Shown piece after piece: positions 13,390 through 27,005 of a stretch of 64,000 nt of DNA (the first letter of the stretch is position 1; every line of letters starts with the position of its first letter). Source of the DNA: Lama glama (lineage: Eukaryota). Below the pieces are notes generated by a model that was not told where the DNA came from, ran no database searches, and saw only the letters and a program-made list of their open reading frames with translations. The translations under genes were made by a program, and so were the position numbers. Where the stretch lies: assembly GCA_028534125.1 (NCBI GenBank), contig CM052817.1, forward strand, positions 29,390,001 to 29,454,000. Reading direction: 5' to 3'.

Positions 13390-13442
<53 letters not shown>
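13390..13442. repeat. (CA)n microsatellite
   Basis: About 26 perfect CA units. Confidence 0.98.
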
Positions 13443-13447
<5 letters not shown>

Positions 13448-13722
13448 TTTTTCAGCGCTTGATTTTCTTTTCTTTTGGATCAGAGCCCCTATCTCTGGCA
13501 CTCTGGCTCTACTCTTAAATTTGCATTTCTATCCCTGTAAAGACTCCCAAATGAATCTTGAAACTCAACATGGGGAGAGAGGATGAAATTTTTCAGTACT
13601 CAAGACTTGTGCTCAGTTAATTATTTCCTAATTATTTCTGGTTAGTCTACAAATGGAATGGTAAAATGGTTGTCAGTTATTTCTGAAGAAATGTGGAGAA
13701 CAAGAAATGTAACTAGGTAGAC

Positions 13723-14108
13723 TGTTAGGTCAAAGATCCCCAATGAATTAAGCCTCCCATATTTACACAGGTGTATAGACATCTCCCACCCTGACCTCCT
13801 AGAAATTTGATAAGTGATAATGAATTACGGCTTGCCAACTGAAATGGCATCACTGCTAAGAAACCTGACACATCCTACTAGAGAGAACAAGTTGAGAGGA
13901 ACAAGGCTTCCCAGATAGCACCAGTGAACTGCCAGACGTGTGAGTGATTTCACATGGGACCACACGTCCAGATGGCCTTGTGAGCAAACTTAGGCAAGAC
14001 TTAGAATACTGTCCTCCAAGCCCAACCCAAGTTACCAAATTGTGAACTTCTGTTTGAAGTAACTACGTTTTATGGTTGGTTGTGATACAACAATGAGTAG
14101 TTGAAATA
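13723..14108 (+). mobile_element. Old MaLR LTR (MLT1H/I-like)
   Basis: Start 'tgttaggtcaaagatccccaatga'; end 'gtttgaagtaactacgttttatggttggttgtgatacaacaatgagtagttgaaata' is an MLT1-type 3' end. Confidence 0.6.
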
Positions 14109-14439
14109 AATAAGAATTAAGGATGGGTACAAGATACTGTTTCAAAAAATGAGCAGTTGAGTATTTCATAAAAATGTGGATTATTTATTTCGATGGCATC
14201 ACAAACTAAGTTTTACTGGGAATTATTAGAACAAGTTATTTGGGCATTGATAAGAAAGTAGTGATTGCTGGGGGCTGACATACTTCTCTCATGGGCCTTC
14301 ACACTATCTCATTTACTTGTTTTAATTATCTTGTTAAAACACAGGATGTTGCTTTTAACAGTATACCTGAGGTATTTTACAAAGGCTCTCAGGTTATTTT
14401 TATGTATCAAGTGGACAAATATGGATTCAAGGCAACAAC

Positions 14440-15970
14440 AATGAGGTGCATTGCTCCCAAACTGAATAATGCATTTAAATGAGTTTAATAGTAAGTTGAG
14501 GACAACCTGATTAAATGTTTAGTGTGTGATGTAAGATTCTTCCCGTAGTCCTCTTTCTTTCCCTTTTTAAAGTCATCAATATAGATGACACAGAAGGTTG
14601 TAAATATCAAATGTATGGATGATGTTATAGGCAAACAGTAAATATTATATGTAAGAGTATTACAACTTTAAAATATTGGCACAGATTGGAAGAATGACCC
14701 AATACAGCATGATGAAATCTAATTGAATGAGGATATATAAAATACTGCATTTCTTTATGAATGTTACTTAATTGTTACACACATATATACATATTTTTAA
14801 CTATTAGTTTTTATCAATAGTGGGACATGGATGAGTCAATGATTGTTACAGTTCTCAACAGGCTAATCTGACTAGGGATACTGTGATGGCTAATTTTATG
14901 TGTCACCTTGACTGGGCCACGAGATGGCCAGATAACTGGTTAAACATTATTTCTGGGTGTGTCTGTGAGGCTGTTTCTGAAAATGATTAGCATTTAAGTT
15001 GGTGGACTGAGTAAAGCAGATTGCCCTACCAATGTGGCTAAGTATTATCCAAGTGTCCAATCCCTGGAAGGCCTGAATAGGTAGAGAACTCTCTCTCTGT
15101 GCCTGACTTCTTGAGCTGAGACATCGGTCTTCTGCCCTCCAGCTGGGACTTCCACCGTCAGCACCTCTGGTTCTGAGAACATAAGACCTGGTCTGGGATT
15201 TACTCATTCCTGGTTTTCCTGGATCTCCATCTCACAGATGGCAGAGGAAGATCATGAGACTTCTAAGGTCTACATAGTAGCTTGAGCCAATTTCTTATAA
15301 TAAATCTAAAAACCTCATTGTAAGAATCATGTATATATATGTATATATGATTAAGTGTAATATATTAAATAAAAATATCTCCCCAGGGTTCTGTTTCTCT
15401 GGAGAACTTTGATGCAGATAGAAAGAGACGTGTATGTCTGTTCTCTGCATGTGTGAGATGAAATCTAGAATTATAGAGGTAAATCTTATTTTGTTCAAGG
15501 TTATGTTAAATGGTTGTCTTAGAAGGTCAAATCATTTAAAAGAAAATGAGACTTCAAAATTCTTGAAGTTTTCATCAATAATTATTATGGGGTTTACAAA
15601 AATATATGACATAAAGTGATTGCTATCTGTTGGAATCATTTGCCATTTTCAATAGACAAAATTATTATTTGGATTTAGGTTTATATAAAAGGAATGGCAT
15701 ATCATTTTTTAAGAGCTAATCTGGGGTTCAGCAAGAAATGTACTTAGATTATTGTTGCTTCCTGTAATTAAGATACAGTGTGTTGAGTTTGGTTTAGGGA
15801 CCATGTTGTTAGAAATACTGTACTAGGCAGTTTATGCTCCAAGACAAAAGAAAAAGTAATAATGAGCACAACGTAAGGAATGACATTCTTACTTTCACAA
15901 CTGTCTCTAGGCATGTTGCTCTCTCTTGAGAAGTACCAATTTCCCTGCATTGGGAGAGATTCATGAATCA
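14440..15970 (+). mobile_element. Ancient CR1/L3 LINE remnant split by an MLT2 LTR
   Basis: 'tagatgacaca' (ADDT-like), 'tgatgaaatctaattg' and 3'-end-like 'atttccctgcattgggagagattcatgaatcaga'; highly degraded. Confidence 0.4.
14882..15416 (+). mobile_element. ERVL solo LTR (MLT2-like)
   Basis: Canonical start 'tgtgatggctaattttatgtgtcaccttgactgggccac'; end 'ttctgtttctctggagaactttgatgca'; flanks gatac/gatag. Confidence 0.9.
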
Positions 15971-18228
15971 GAAAGGGTGTGGACTCCCTGGATGTTCAAA
16001 GTAACTTTAAACCTTAAAGATTAATCAGTTTGTGTTGGTAACTATCATCTCACAAGAGTATGATTAGCTTCTTTCAAGAGACACACCAGAGTCCCTCTGA
16101 GTTATCCCCGGACACACATTACCCAGTTGCCTGGAGAAAGGTTTAGCAATCCACACAGAATTCGTCTCAATGAGACTTAGAGAAAATGTTCTCATACGTG
16201 TGTCAAGAACACTATAACTGAGGAAGACACTGTGGAGCTTGTAGCTGGATTTATTATGCCTCCATTGCTCTGAAGACCCCAAACCATGGTGTATGCCAGG
16301 ATATAGAATGTTCACCAGAACCATGAAACTTCAGAAATGCCATGGAGCCTCTGCTCTGAAATTGTGAAACAACAGTCTCTGTCCAAGGCCCCCAAAATCA
16401 AATTATCTGTTTTATTTTCACCGATTTGTACTCCCTTCATTTTAATTTTCAGACCTATTTATAGAGCGCTGTTGGTAAATAACAAAGTTATCACTATAAG
16501 GTACAGACTCAGGCTTCTGATAAGATCAAAAGCCCCATGGCCCAATCCCTTTGCTATATTTGGTAATAATGCTCCAAAGAAATCACTTTGAAATGCCCTC
16601 TCACATTAGAAGGAAGAAAATACACATGCCCATTGCCTATATTACACTTGGAATTGTACCATCTTCAGCTTTAACCTGGTCACACAGCAGGTTTTCCTCA
16701 TGGCTAGTGAACATGGCAATTTAATGATATAGACAAACTATTTTGCAGAGGCATTTAAATTCAAAACTTGATTACATAACTCTCTGACTATCTAAGTTTT
16801 AGAGGAACCCTCTTAATCACGTTTCATTTTCATTAGTACTCACACTGAAAAGCTGATTTACCTCCCCATCCTCACAACTGCCAAGATTCCAGTATACATT
16901 TAATTATTTATAAAAAGAATGTCCGTTTAATTACATCCTTACAGTTTCCCCAAGTTTTTATTTGTCCTCATTTAAGATAGGGCCAGACACTTCTCAATTA
17001 GAATGAAAATTTCTATTTCTTTCTAATTACTAAAATATATAACAGTTGATGGGGATTCTTATTTCACTCCTCACAATATATTTAAAGTGGAATTCAAAGC
17101 AGAGAGGCATTATTATATAGATATAACTAAACATGAAAAATGTTAAAAGCAAGAGTTTATTATCAAAATATCAGTTTAGAAATTTTTTTTTAAGAATACT
17201 AATAGGTACATGAAATTTTCACAAAGAATCACCCAAGTCTGATAATACAGACTCTTTCCCAAGGTGAAGCTATTTTTGGCTTATCCAGACTTTAGATAGT
17301 GATTTAGAGTTCCGCCAGACAGAATCAGGGTAGATAGTAAGAATTATTGTCCCAGGGAGAAATGGAAATCCTTGCCAACTCTGCTCTCAACCGCAGTGAA
17401 ATCCCTGGGTAGAGAGATGGCTAAACGAAGCAGTTTTGAGACTAAACCAATGATTCTTAATTATTGATTGATTGTTAAATTTTGCCTTTAAGGGTATGCT
17501 GTATTATTTAATAATCACTTTGATAGACCTCAGATTCCAAGGGTTCACAGGGAAAATAATAAGGTAATAGTTAGATAGTATAGTATAGGTTATTCCTATA
17601 TTAAGTGGGGAAAAAAATCCCAAGATATAATGCAAAGTCCAGTAGGACATACCTGGGTAATTTTCAAACAGCAGGAAAAAAAAAGTTAATATTTGTACCA
17701 CCTCAGATTGCATTGACTTGATATAGAATTGGTGTTAATTTCACCCACTGAGAAAGATTTTGAAGGCTGAAACCCTGTCTTCACTCCCAGTCTCCCTACT
17801 GAAAAAGATGACATTTATTCTTCTTGTCTCATTACCACTACCTGGCATAGTGACTGGAATCCCCACATTAAAAAGAGAAAAAGATGTTTTGGTTCAAGAT
17901 GTTGAAAGGATCTGATAAATGCTAATGATATCAGGGAAGGTACGAGACACTAATTGGTATTTCTGACTACTGCTGGACTTTTTTTCACAGCATAACACAC
18001 TTGATTCAGAAATACCCATTATTTACAATAGTAATTCTCAAGTATAGGCTTAGAGGAAGAAGGAGGGCAGATCCAATCCCAGGGAGGCAAATTCCCCAGG
18101 TGAGGAGTCACCGCCCATAATCTGTATTGGTCCTATAAGCTATGATTGACAGTTAGAGAGTAAATAGTTTATTTTTAAGGACTTTTCCTGGCAAGACAAG
18201 GTGGGTGGGAATTAAAAATGACTCTCAC

Positions 18229-18668
18229 TAGTTAGGTAGCATAGTAGTTAGTATAATGCTAGCAACTAACAAACTCCAGTGGGTACGATGTCTCAAAAAA
18301 AAAAAAAAAGGAATTCATTCAAAATCCATGAGGAGGTCTTCCTTATGGCAGGTGGTTTTCCTCCAAGTGATGTTTCAGAGATCCGGTCTCTTTTATCTTG
18401 TGCTTCTAGCATAGTCTTGTAAATCACTGTGTTAATTTTCATCAATCCAGGGGGAGGGGGAATCAGAAATACACAGGTTATTTTACATGGGGTGATATTT
18501 TTATGGGAAAGACCTGGAAGTAATGCTCATCATTTCTACTTATGTTTTCTTGGCTAAAGTACCCTCCTCCTATCTCCACGTGCAAAAAAGTCTGGGAAAT
18601 ATTTTTTTAGCAATTAGCCCAGGAAAATTATGTAATAGGGTTGGTGACCTATGGCAGTTACTGCCATA
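18229..18668 (-). mobile_element. Old MaLR LTR (MLT1J/K/L-like)
   Basis: 'aatgctagcaactaacaaactcc', 'cctggaagtaatgctcatcatttctacttatgttttcttggc' and 'gtctgggaaat...ggcagttactgccata'. Confidence 0.55.
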
Positions 18669-19812
18669 GCATGAACATTGTGCCTCAACACCTCAACATC
18701 CAATGAAGGGAGCGTGTAAAGTGAGGAGAAATGAAAAAGGGTTAAAGATTGTTCTCCAAATTTATTGTACAGAATTCTTAGATTTTCAAAAATTACATAT
18801 TTCAGTTTGTATTCAAATATATGTTGCTGTTCTTGCTTACCACCAACTTCATCACTATCATTTTACCAGTTTCTCTAATCCCTAAATATGCTCAGCTCAA
18901 CTTGGTAACTCTGGATATCACACAACCTGGGAACATATTTAACATATAATAAATGGCAGTCAGATGGGTGACAGATGAGGTTGAAAACCAGAGGGGTATG
19001 GAAAGTAGATATTGTAAATTCCAGGGGGAAAAAAAAGCCTGTTTTTGCCACAACGTATCTGCTTGCCATGCAATCTAAAACTTCAGATTACAATTTACTC
19101 ACACTTGCCGTTGAGAAACACCTGTGCTCTAAGTGAATATCTGCAGATATCTGCTCTCTCTCATATTGCTGTGTTACTCTGAACAAGTCACTTCACCTCT
19201 TTGGCTTTCCTCTCTCTGTAAGATAAGAAAAAGAAATTGGATAACAAGGCTCTTTTTTTCTCCCCCTCTATGCGTATATTTTCATTCACAGTGCTGTAGA
19301 ATAAATACTCTTTTTGGAACTTGCTTTTAAATATAATTTGAGTTCTTAATTGATCATATAAAATTGTATTTTAATATGAAGACCCGTGCAAGGATATTTG
19401 TAAACCTTTTCCTGTTGGAATTAAAATTACAATTTCACTGTCTTCATGCAGCAAAGATAAAAGGATGATGCCTCTTTTACTAACACTGGAAGTACAGAAA
19501 CAGATGGGATATAAGATTTTATTTTTGGTGACAGTCTTGATAATTCATTTGTTAATCCAGAAAGCAGAATGTCTTCATCACACCCTTAAATAGACGTAAC
19601 TATGATATATCAAAGTATTCCTATTACTTAAAAATGTATCATTAATATATATTCTGTAACAAATCTTCCTTTCTAAAGGAAAATGATTCTTTTGTTCTGG
19701 TATAGTAACTGCTCTAGCTCGTGTCCTGCTGAGCTCCAAGCTCTGAAGTCATTAAGCATGGAACTGGCAGCCAACCTTTTTTAATGTAGCCCAATGGGAA
19801 GAATTGGTTCTT

Positions 19813-19913
19813 CCTTCGTTCCTTTCTTCCTCCCACCCTCCTCCTCCCCTCCTCCTCCCCTCCCTGCTTCTTTCTTTCTTCCTTTCTTCCTTTCTTCCTT
19901 TCTTCCTTCCTTC

Positions 19914-19963
<50 letters not shown>

Positions 19964-19990
19964 CTCTCTCTTTCTTTCTCTCTTTCTCTC

Positions 19991-20029
<39 letters not shown>

Positions 20030-20150
20030 TTCTCTCTTTCTCTCTTTCTTTCTCTTTCTCTCTCTCTTTCTCTCTCTCTTTCTTTCTCTCTTTCTTTCTC
20101 TCTTTCTCTCTCCCTTCCTTCCTTCCTTCCTTTTTTCCCTTTCTTTCTTT
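19813..20150. repeat. Compound (TTTC/TC/TTCC)n polypyrimidine microsatellite
   Basis: About 340 bp almost entirely C/T on the + strand; it generates the spurious ORFs at 19752-20234. Confidence 0.97.
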
Positions 20151-20374
20151 CAAAGTGTAATTGATATATAATATATTACAACTTAGGTGTCCATCTGAGA
20201 ATGAATAAAGAGAATACACATACGCACATACCATGGGATACTACTCAGCCATAAAAAGAACAATATCTTGCCATTTGCAACAACATGGATGGATATTGAA
20301 GGTATTATATGAGATAAATCAAGACAGAGAAAGACAAGTACTATATGATGTCACTTACATATGGAAGCTAAAAA
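19813..20374 (-). mobile_element. 5'-inverted (twin-primed) L1 3' fragment with microsatellite tail
   Basis: TSD aattggttctt at 19802-19812 and 20375-20385; L1 extreme 3' end on - (about 20150-20190) joined to an L1 ORF2-end piece on + (about 20191-20374, 'tactactcagccataaaaaagaac..ttgccatttgcaacaacatggat'). Confidence 0.8.
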
Positions 20375-21089
20375 AATTGGTTCTTGATGTGGGACAATAA
20401 GGAATTAATCAAAAGATATTCAACTCTTTTCTTTGAAGTCTTTCCCTAAATAACCTTGTCCTATGTGCCAAATCTTACTCTCTATGCTTTTGCATTAGTT
20501 CTAATCCTATATACTTTTTTGAATTGACCATGCACCATGCAGCCTTTTTTGAAATTATGTTGGAAATTTCTTAGCACGCATTGGGGAATGCAGAAAGTAC
20601 TGGTAGAATGAGCAAAACTTTTTTTTTAATAGTTTATTCATGAAAATTGGGTCAGCAAGGGCACCCCAAACAAGCTGCGGCCATGGGGAGTAAGTGAGGC
20701 AGAAACAGTATTTGCATGCAGCACACTTGAAGTTGCAATTTTGAAATCATTTGGGCTCTCTCCTGGAGCAGCAGGTTTTTCTCCATAGAATGTTCTTATC
20801 TACTTTAGAGGGAAAATTGGGTTATATAAGGGTAAACAGACATTGCAGATTGTAGATTCTCTGACTCCGCAATGAAATCGAATTCAAACTTTAACTAGGA
20901 AAGACTGGGCACCAGGGAGTTTCAGTAAAAGAGAAACATGAATATCTCCCAACTTTGTGCTCTGTGCTTTATTTTCTGCATTAAAATATGTAGGGTTTTG
21001 ATAATTCTGCATAATGTAAATGGAAGACTACTTGTGTACACAGTAAGTTCCAGGAAACTTTTTGAAACTGATACATTAGAGATGATTAT

Positions 21090-21235
21090 GTATAAAGAAG
21101 TTAGAAACATCAGTGCTCTAAGGGGCGTTAAGATTATCCTATTTATTTTACTGATGGAGAATGAAAGGCCTACATAGGCTGAGTAACTCTTGCCCAAGTT
21201 TATAAATGGAGTCACATACATTGAGGTTTGACAGC
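21090..21235 (-). mobile_element. MIR fragment
   Basis: 'attatcctatttattttactgatggagaatgaaaggcctacataggctgagtaactcttgcccaag'. Confidence 0.55.
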
Positions 21236-21519
21236 TCTCCTGTCTCTCATTACAATGTTCTTTAATATTAAATAAATATATAGCAGCATAAAATTATTTT
21301 AAAGCCATCATTCAGTTTTGCAACCTGAAAGAAGTGACATTTTTTCAATAGTCACAAAAATGTATGAACAGAAAAGATGTGGGGTTTAGCTTTGTTTCTG
21401 CTAATAGAACAAGAAAGAGAGTGAAAAAATGTCATATATTGCAATAACTGAATATTGAGCTAGGATTTACTCACTGTAGTTTCACACAGAAACTTATGAA
21501 ATAAGACTTAATGGACTGG

Positions 21520-21621
21520 ATATGTATGCATGACCGGGACATTATGCTGTATACCAGAAAATTGACACACTGTAACTGGCTATACTTTAACTAAAAAAAA
21601 AAAAAAAAAATTGGCAAAATA
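21520..21621 (+). mobile_element. Very short 5'-truncated lineage L1 3' end
   Basis: 'tatgtatgcatgaccgggacattatgctgtataccagaaattgacac..tgtaactggctatacttt' + poly(A); perfect 14-bp TSD acttaatggactgg at 21506-21519 and 21622-21635. Confidence 0.9.
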
Positions 21622-22361
21622 ACTTAATGGACTGGGAAACAACTGAAAATTATCTACGTGAAAAAAATAACTTTAGTAGGTCAGTTATAAAAAAAAAGAT
21701 AAAGCCAAAACAAAACAAAACAAGGCAATGGAGAATTTCAACATCTCATTATTCATGAGAATATTCTCAGTACGGCATTATGAAGATGTGGAAAGACAAA
21801 CAACATCTTCTGAAAGCACCTAGTAGCATTTTTCTCCTGTGAATGTGTAATGGCATGCATACATGAGAAAAGCATTCTTTGGATTTTGGCAGAATTCTTA
21901 CAGTAATTAGCTGCAGTGGGAATGTTTGTGGGTATACATTTACATAAACTAAAATGAGAATAAGACAAGCTAGGTGAATGGATGTTTTCTCTGAATTAGG
22001 GGGAAATGTGGAGAATGGAAAGAGGACTACACTTTCAGATTTGTACACTCAGAGGTCATGGTCAATGGTGATACACTGGCTGCTTCACTTTTTCTTTCTA
22101 ATTAACATCAAATTTGGGTGTCTAGGTATGGATGGTTTAATAGGAATACAATTTCGTATCTTTGAACTCTATAAAACTCATATACAAAATTAATCGGAGA
22201 CCAGGCCATAGGCATGCTCCCAAGACTTGTTTCACTTTACAGAAGAAAGTCCTATAGCTCACTCCCATTCTGTGACTTACTAAGGTCCATCCCGGAAATG
22301 TAAACATCTATGGGAGCATCAAACAGAAAGATAATTCAATGTGTTGATTTTACGTACCTTC

Positions 22362-23372
22362 TTTTTAAAATTTTTTTATTGTGTATACATATATATATAT
22401 ATGTATAGTCAGTTTACAGTGTCTCAATTTCTGGTGTAGAGTGTAATGCTTCAGTCATACATGAACATACATATATTCATTTTCATATTCTTTTTCACAA
22501 CAGGTTACTATAAGATATTGAATATAGTTCTCTGTGGTGTACAGTACGAACTTGTTTATCTATTTTATATATAGTAGTATCTGCAGATCTTGAACTCCAA
22601 GTTTATACCTTTCCACCCCTTTCCCCCACTGGTAACCTTAAGTTTGTTTTCTATGTCTGTGAGTCTGTTTATGTTTTGTAAATAAGTTTGTTTGTCTTTT
22701 TTTTTTGTTTTTTTTTAAGATTCCACATTTAAGTGATATCATATGGTATTTTTCTTTCTCTTTCTGGCTTACTTCTTAGAATGACAATCTCCAGGTCTAT
22801 CCATGTTGCTGCAAATGGCATTATTTTATTATTTTTAATGGCTGGGTAGTATTCCATTGTGTAAATATACCACAACTTCTTTATCCGGTCATCTGTCAGG
22901 GGACATTTAGGTTGTTTCCATGTCTTAGCTGTTGTAAATAGTGCTGCTATGAACATTGGGGTGCATGTATCTTTTTGAATTAGATTTCCCTCAGGATATA
23001 TGCCCAAGAGTGGGATTGCTGGATCATATGGTGAGTTTTTAGTTTTTTGAGGAATCTCCATACTGTTTTCCATAGTGGCTGCATCAAACTACATTCCCAA
23101 CAGTTTAGGAGGTTTCCCTTTCTCCACACCCTCTCCAGTATTTATTGTTTATGGACTTTTGATGGCCATTCTGACTGGTGTGAGGTGATACCTCATTGTA
23201 GTTTTGATTTGCATTTCTCTGATAATTAGTGATACTGAGTATCTTTTCATGTGCCTGTTGGCCATTTGTATGTCTTCACTGGAGAATTTCTTGTTTAGGT
23301 CTTTTGCCCATTTTTGGATTGGGTTGTTTATTTTTTTTATCATTAAATTGTATGAGCTGTTTATATATTCTG
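22362..23372 (-). mobile_element. Lineage L1 3' fragment (ORF2 C-terminus + 3'UTR)
   Basis: ORFs 22729-23073 (PYDPAIPLLGIYP..CTPMFIAALFT.AKTWKQPKCP) and 23149-23343 ([30 protein letters not shown]). Confidence 0.95.
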
Positions 23373-24032
23373 TTGCATTTAAAACTGCACAAGGATGTTC
23401 TTACCTATATTACAGAGTGGGGCAATGCAAGTGATGATGATTTCCATTTAATGACAAGTTCTCTTCCATCTTCTAGTGACTGTCAAGTAATTTAATTTAT
23501 TCTGAAGGGAAAGCCAGTTAAGAGAAAGCAGAAATAGCATCAGAAAGAAGGGTTGAGAACTGTGGTTCATTAATTCATCTATAAAACTCAAGGCAAGACT
23601 CTATGCCTGAGCTGCTATATATTTATCTAAGATCAGAATTCATAAATGAGGTAAGTGCCAAGGAGTCACATTTTAAGATCTACACTTGAATTGATGAATG
23701 ATACTGGATTTTTTTTTTTACATTCTTATTAGGTTAATTTACTGGACAATGAAAATTGAACTTGCCAATAAGGTTATGTACTATACATTTTCTGCCAGTT
23801 GAATGACCTGAATTCGTAGCTCCAAGGCTTTGATAGTAACATACTTAAAGTGCATAAAGAGATTAAAAATAATTCATTTCATTTCACATGACACTGGTAG
23901 AGATGTATTAAAATTGATTGATATTTTAGTTTTCCTAATTCCTTCTTACTGACTTTAAAGTGATTCCAAGTTAAAAAGGAACATGTGTAAATAATATGTG
24001 TTTGAAAAGTCTTGGTAAAGTTTTTTCATATA

Positions 24033-24689
24033 TGTGTTAGTTTTCTATGGTTGTATAACAAACTACCACAAAGTTAGTGGCTTAAAAACACACCCATATG
24101 TTACTTCATGGTTTCTGTGGGTCAGAAATTTGGGCATAGTCTAGCTGTTTTCTCTGCTCAGGATCTCACAAAGTTGCAGTCCAAGTGTTTGCAGGGGCTA
24201 CAAACCTATCTGAGCCGCGTTTGAAGTCCTTTTCCAAACTCATTAGTTGTTGGAAATATAAATTTCCTTGTAGTTATATGACTAGGAGCTCCATTTCCTT
24301 ATTAGCTGTAGATCAGAACCACTCTCAGCTCCTGAAGGCCACTCTCTGGTCCTCAACACATGGGTCTTGTCTCTCCAAACACCACAGCTTACTTCTTGAA
24401 GCCAGCAGGAGAATCTCTTTCCATGGTGGGCTCAGTCCCCCTTTAAAGCTTCTCCATATAAAATCATACACACCAGGGATCATTTTCATTTTTATTAACT
24501 CAAAGTCAACTAATTTGGAAGTCTTAATTTCATATGCAGATTGCCTTCAGTTTTGCCGTTTAATTTAGCCTAACAGAATGACATCTGCCATATCTACATC
24601 TCATCCATGCTCAATAGGAGAAGAATGAACAGGGTGTATACCCCAGGAGATGTGAATCTGGGAATCATCTTAAAATTCTACCTGCCACA
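24033..24689 (-). mobile_element. MaLR solo LTR (MLT1E-like)
   Basis: 'tgtgttagttttctatggttgtataacaaactaccacaaagttagtggcttaaaa' to 'catcttaaaattctacctgccaca'; flanks atata/gtata. Confidence 0.8.
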
Positions 24690-25029
24690 GTATACTTCCC
24701 AGACACTAAGAAAGAAAAAATAATCTCTAATGGTTTGTAACAAGCTATATTTCCAATCAGGTGTCTCTAGGCATTTTTCCTTTATCTAAATCCTCACTAT
24801 CTCTATTGAGAAAATGAATAAATTTGGATACAATTTTTGAGGTAGGGCTAGTTCTCCTCTTTGTGGTTTCTTACAAGCATGAATTGTAAATGAATCAAAT
24901 TGCCTAGAGGGTAGATCTGTTGGACTGATGCTATTTATTCTGAGCATCAAAGAATAAATATTAATTATTAAAGATGTTTCTATTGAAATTCATAATGTAG
25001 AAAGACTTTGTGAATTGGTGAATCAGTTT

Positions 25030-25625
25030 ATGACATCCTTTCCAGCTTCTTTCTAGTGAAATTTCCTGATGCAGAGGCTGGAACCCTGAAAACCACAGTC
25101 CTTAGGTTTCTTGGCAGGTTAAGATTCCACTGTGATTTCAGATATTTGTGTGCATTTTGGGAAGTAGAAAGTGAGGCTGAAGCTGGAAATTTCCCGTTTC
25201 GGAGGATTCTGCTGGAAAGCAGTATTGTGGAGACATTTATTTTCTTACTTAATCATGTATTTATTGTGTAGGACAATTGGCAGAGGTTCCAGTGTCCAGT
25301 CAGCAGCATCATAGGCATCAAGAGGTCTGAATGGGACACCCACTTTGATCGTGACCCTAATAGCATGGTTCTGAAGCTGACGGCAGCAGAAGCAGCTTCT
25401 CAGTCATGAAAGGAGCTTTCTAATTACAGTGTTGGTGTGCGGACAGAGAGGGAACTGCTATAGGGTTAGCCTCCATTCAGTGGGTGGTTTCCTGATCATA
25501 GAAGAGGTGGCTTCTTTGGTGCTCATTCTCTGTTGTGGCTTTGGGAGTCTTTCCTAAACGCACAATCTTGATTCTGTTTTTTTCGGCACTTCCAGTGGGT
25601 CTGTGAACCATCTCTTTGGGCTGTA
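25030..25625 (+). mobile_element. Old ERVL LTR (LTR33/LTR16-like)
   Basis: 'gcagaggctggaaccctgaaaaccaca' motif followed by an agcagc-rich body. Confidence 0.5.
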
Positions 25626-26769
25626 ACCAGCTAGGATGTGTTCTCTCTGTTATTGAACATTGCCCAATACAGGTAGCACTTCCTTATTCTCCCTAATCCT
25701 CTCCATTTCCAGGGAGAGAGTGTCACACTACTGTACAGAATAATAATTTTAGTTCCTTTCTTACACCTATCAAGCCCTTTGGGTGTGAATAGGACAATTC
25801 TATTCCTTACTGATGCTTTTTCTTTCAATGTGAGAGATTTCAAAATGACCCCTTATACTTATTACAGTTGTACCCAAGGGCATTTGTTCTCAAATCTAAT
25901 TGGTGGAAAGGAAGAGGATAGTTTGCCCTGAAAGTTCAATAACTATTAAAATAATTTTAACTATCTCACAAATAGTCCATAGAGCTTACATTATTGTCAG
26001 TTATAGATTTACCAGGAGTTTTCAAATTTAACGATCACTTTTATAGTTAAAATGCATAGGTTAAGTTGTCCATTTGCCCATGGCTATTTTTCCTGAAGGC
26101 AAATTGAATTTCTTTTTTCCTTTCCCTAGCTGCTACTTTAGTTCCATAGAACTCCCAAGATGACTTCAAAAAGAATTAAAAGAATGGATTATCACAGTGT
26201 TTAAGGAATAAAGTTGAATCGTGTTTCCTTTTTATTTTGATAGTGGTCACATCCTACTCTGCTGCCAAAGTATGCTAGAGAAAATGAACTCAGTGTAGCA
26301 GAAGACACATTCGGGTTTAATACAGCAAGGACTTCTTGGCAGAAGGCTGTTTTGGCATAGTGCCTATCTTAATGTCATGTCATGTACACAGTATGATTTA
26401 GTCCTCAGAGAATATCCAGTGTTTACATTTTGATAAAGTTCTGGATGATTGGCTGAATTTTATACTTTTTACCTTAAAATGTATTTTATTCAACCATCTC
26501 CTATCTGCCAGCCATGCCCTTTCATGGCACTCATTATTCTTGTAACCCTTGGTGTAATGTCTGTATCTGGCACTAAGTTCTCTGCGGTTCAGACTTTTTT
26601 GCATCTGTTTTCTGTGCCACTGTTTATCTGGCTCATCACATTAAATGAATGACTGAAGAGATGTGCAGAAAAGTATCCTACCACTCTGCCTAGAGGGGTG
26701 GAACATAGATGCTGTGGAATGCTAACACCTTATATGAAATTAAAGCAATTGAAATTCACCTATTTATTT

Positions 26770-27005
26770 ATTTATCAAATACACAGTTAGCATTTACCAT
26801 GTGTCAGGCACAATTCTACGTCAAATCCAGTATTTGCTTCTTTTATCCTCAAACATCCCTGTTAGGAGAGTGCTATTATTAACCTCCAGCACACAAGGGA
26901 ATTGAGGCGAGTACAAGTTGGCCCACGTCACTCAGGAAGAAAGGGGCTGAGCCAGGATTCTAGTTCAGCCACTCTGGGTCCAAGACCAGATTCCTAACAA
27001 CACCA
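26770..27005 (-). mobile_element. MIR SINE
   Basis: 'agcatttaccatgtgtcaggcac...ggaattgaggc...ggctgagccaggattctagttcagcc'. Confidence 0.65.

Noticed and set aside
19752..20234. KE/R-rich and F/L/S-rich ORFs
   Set aside because: These are translations of the microsatellite.
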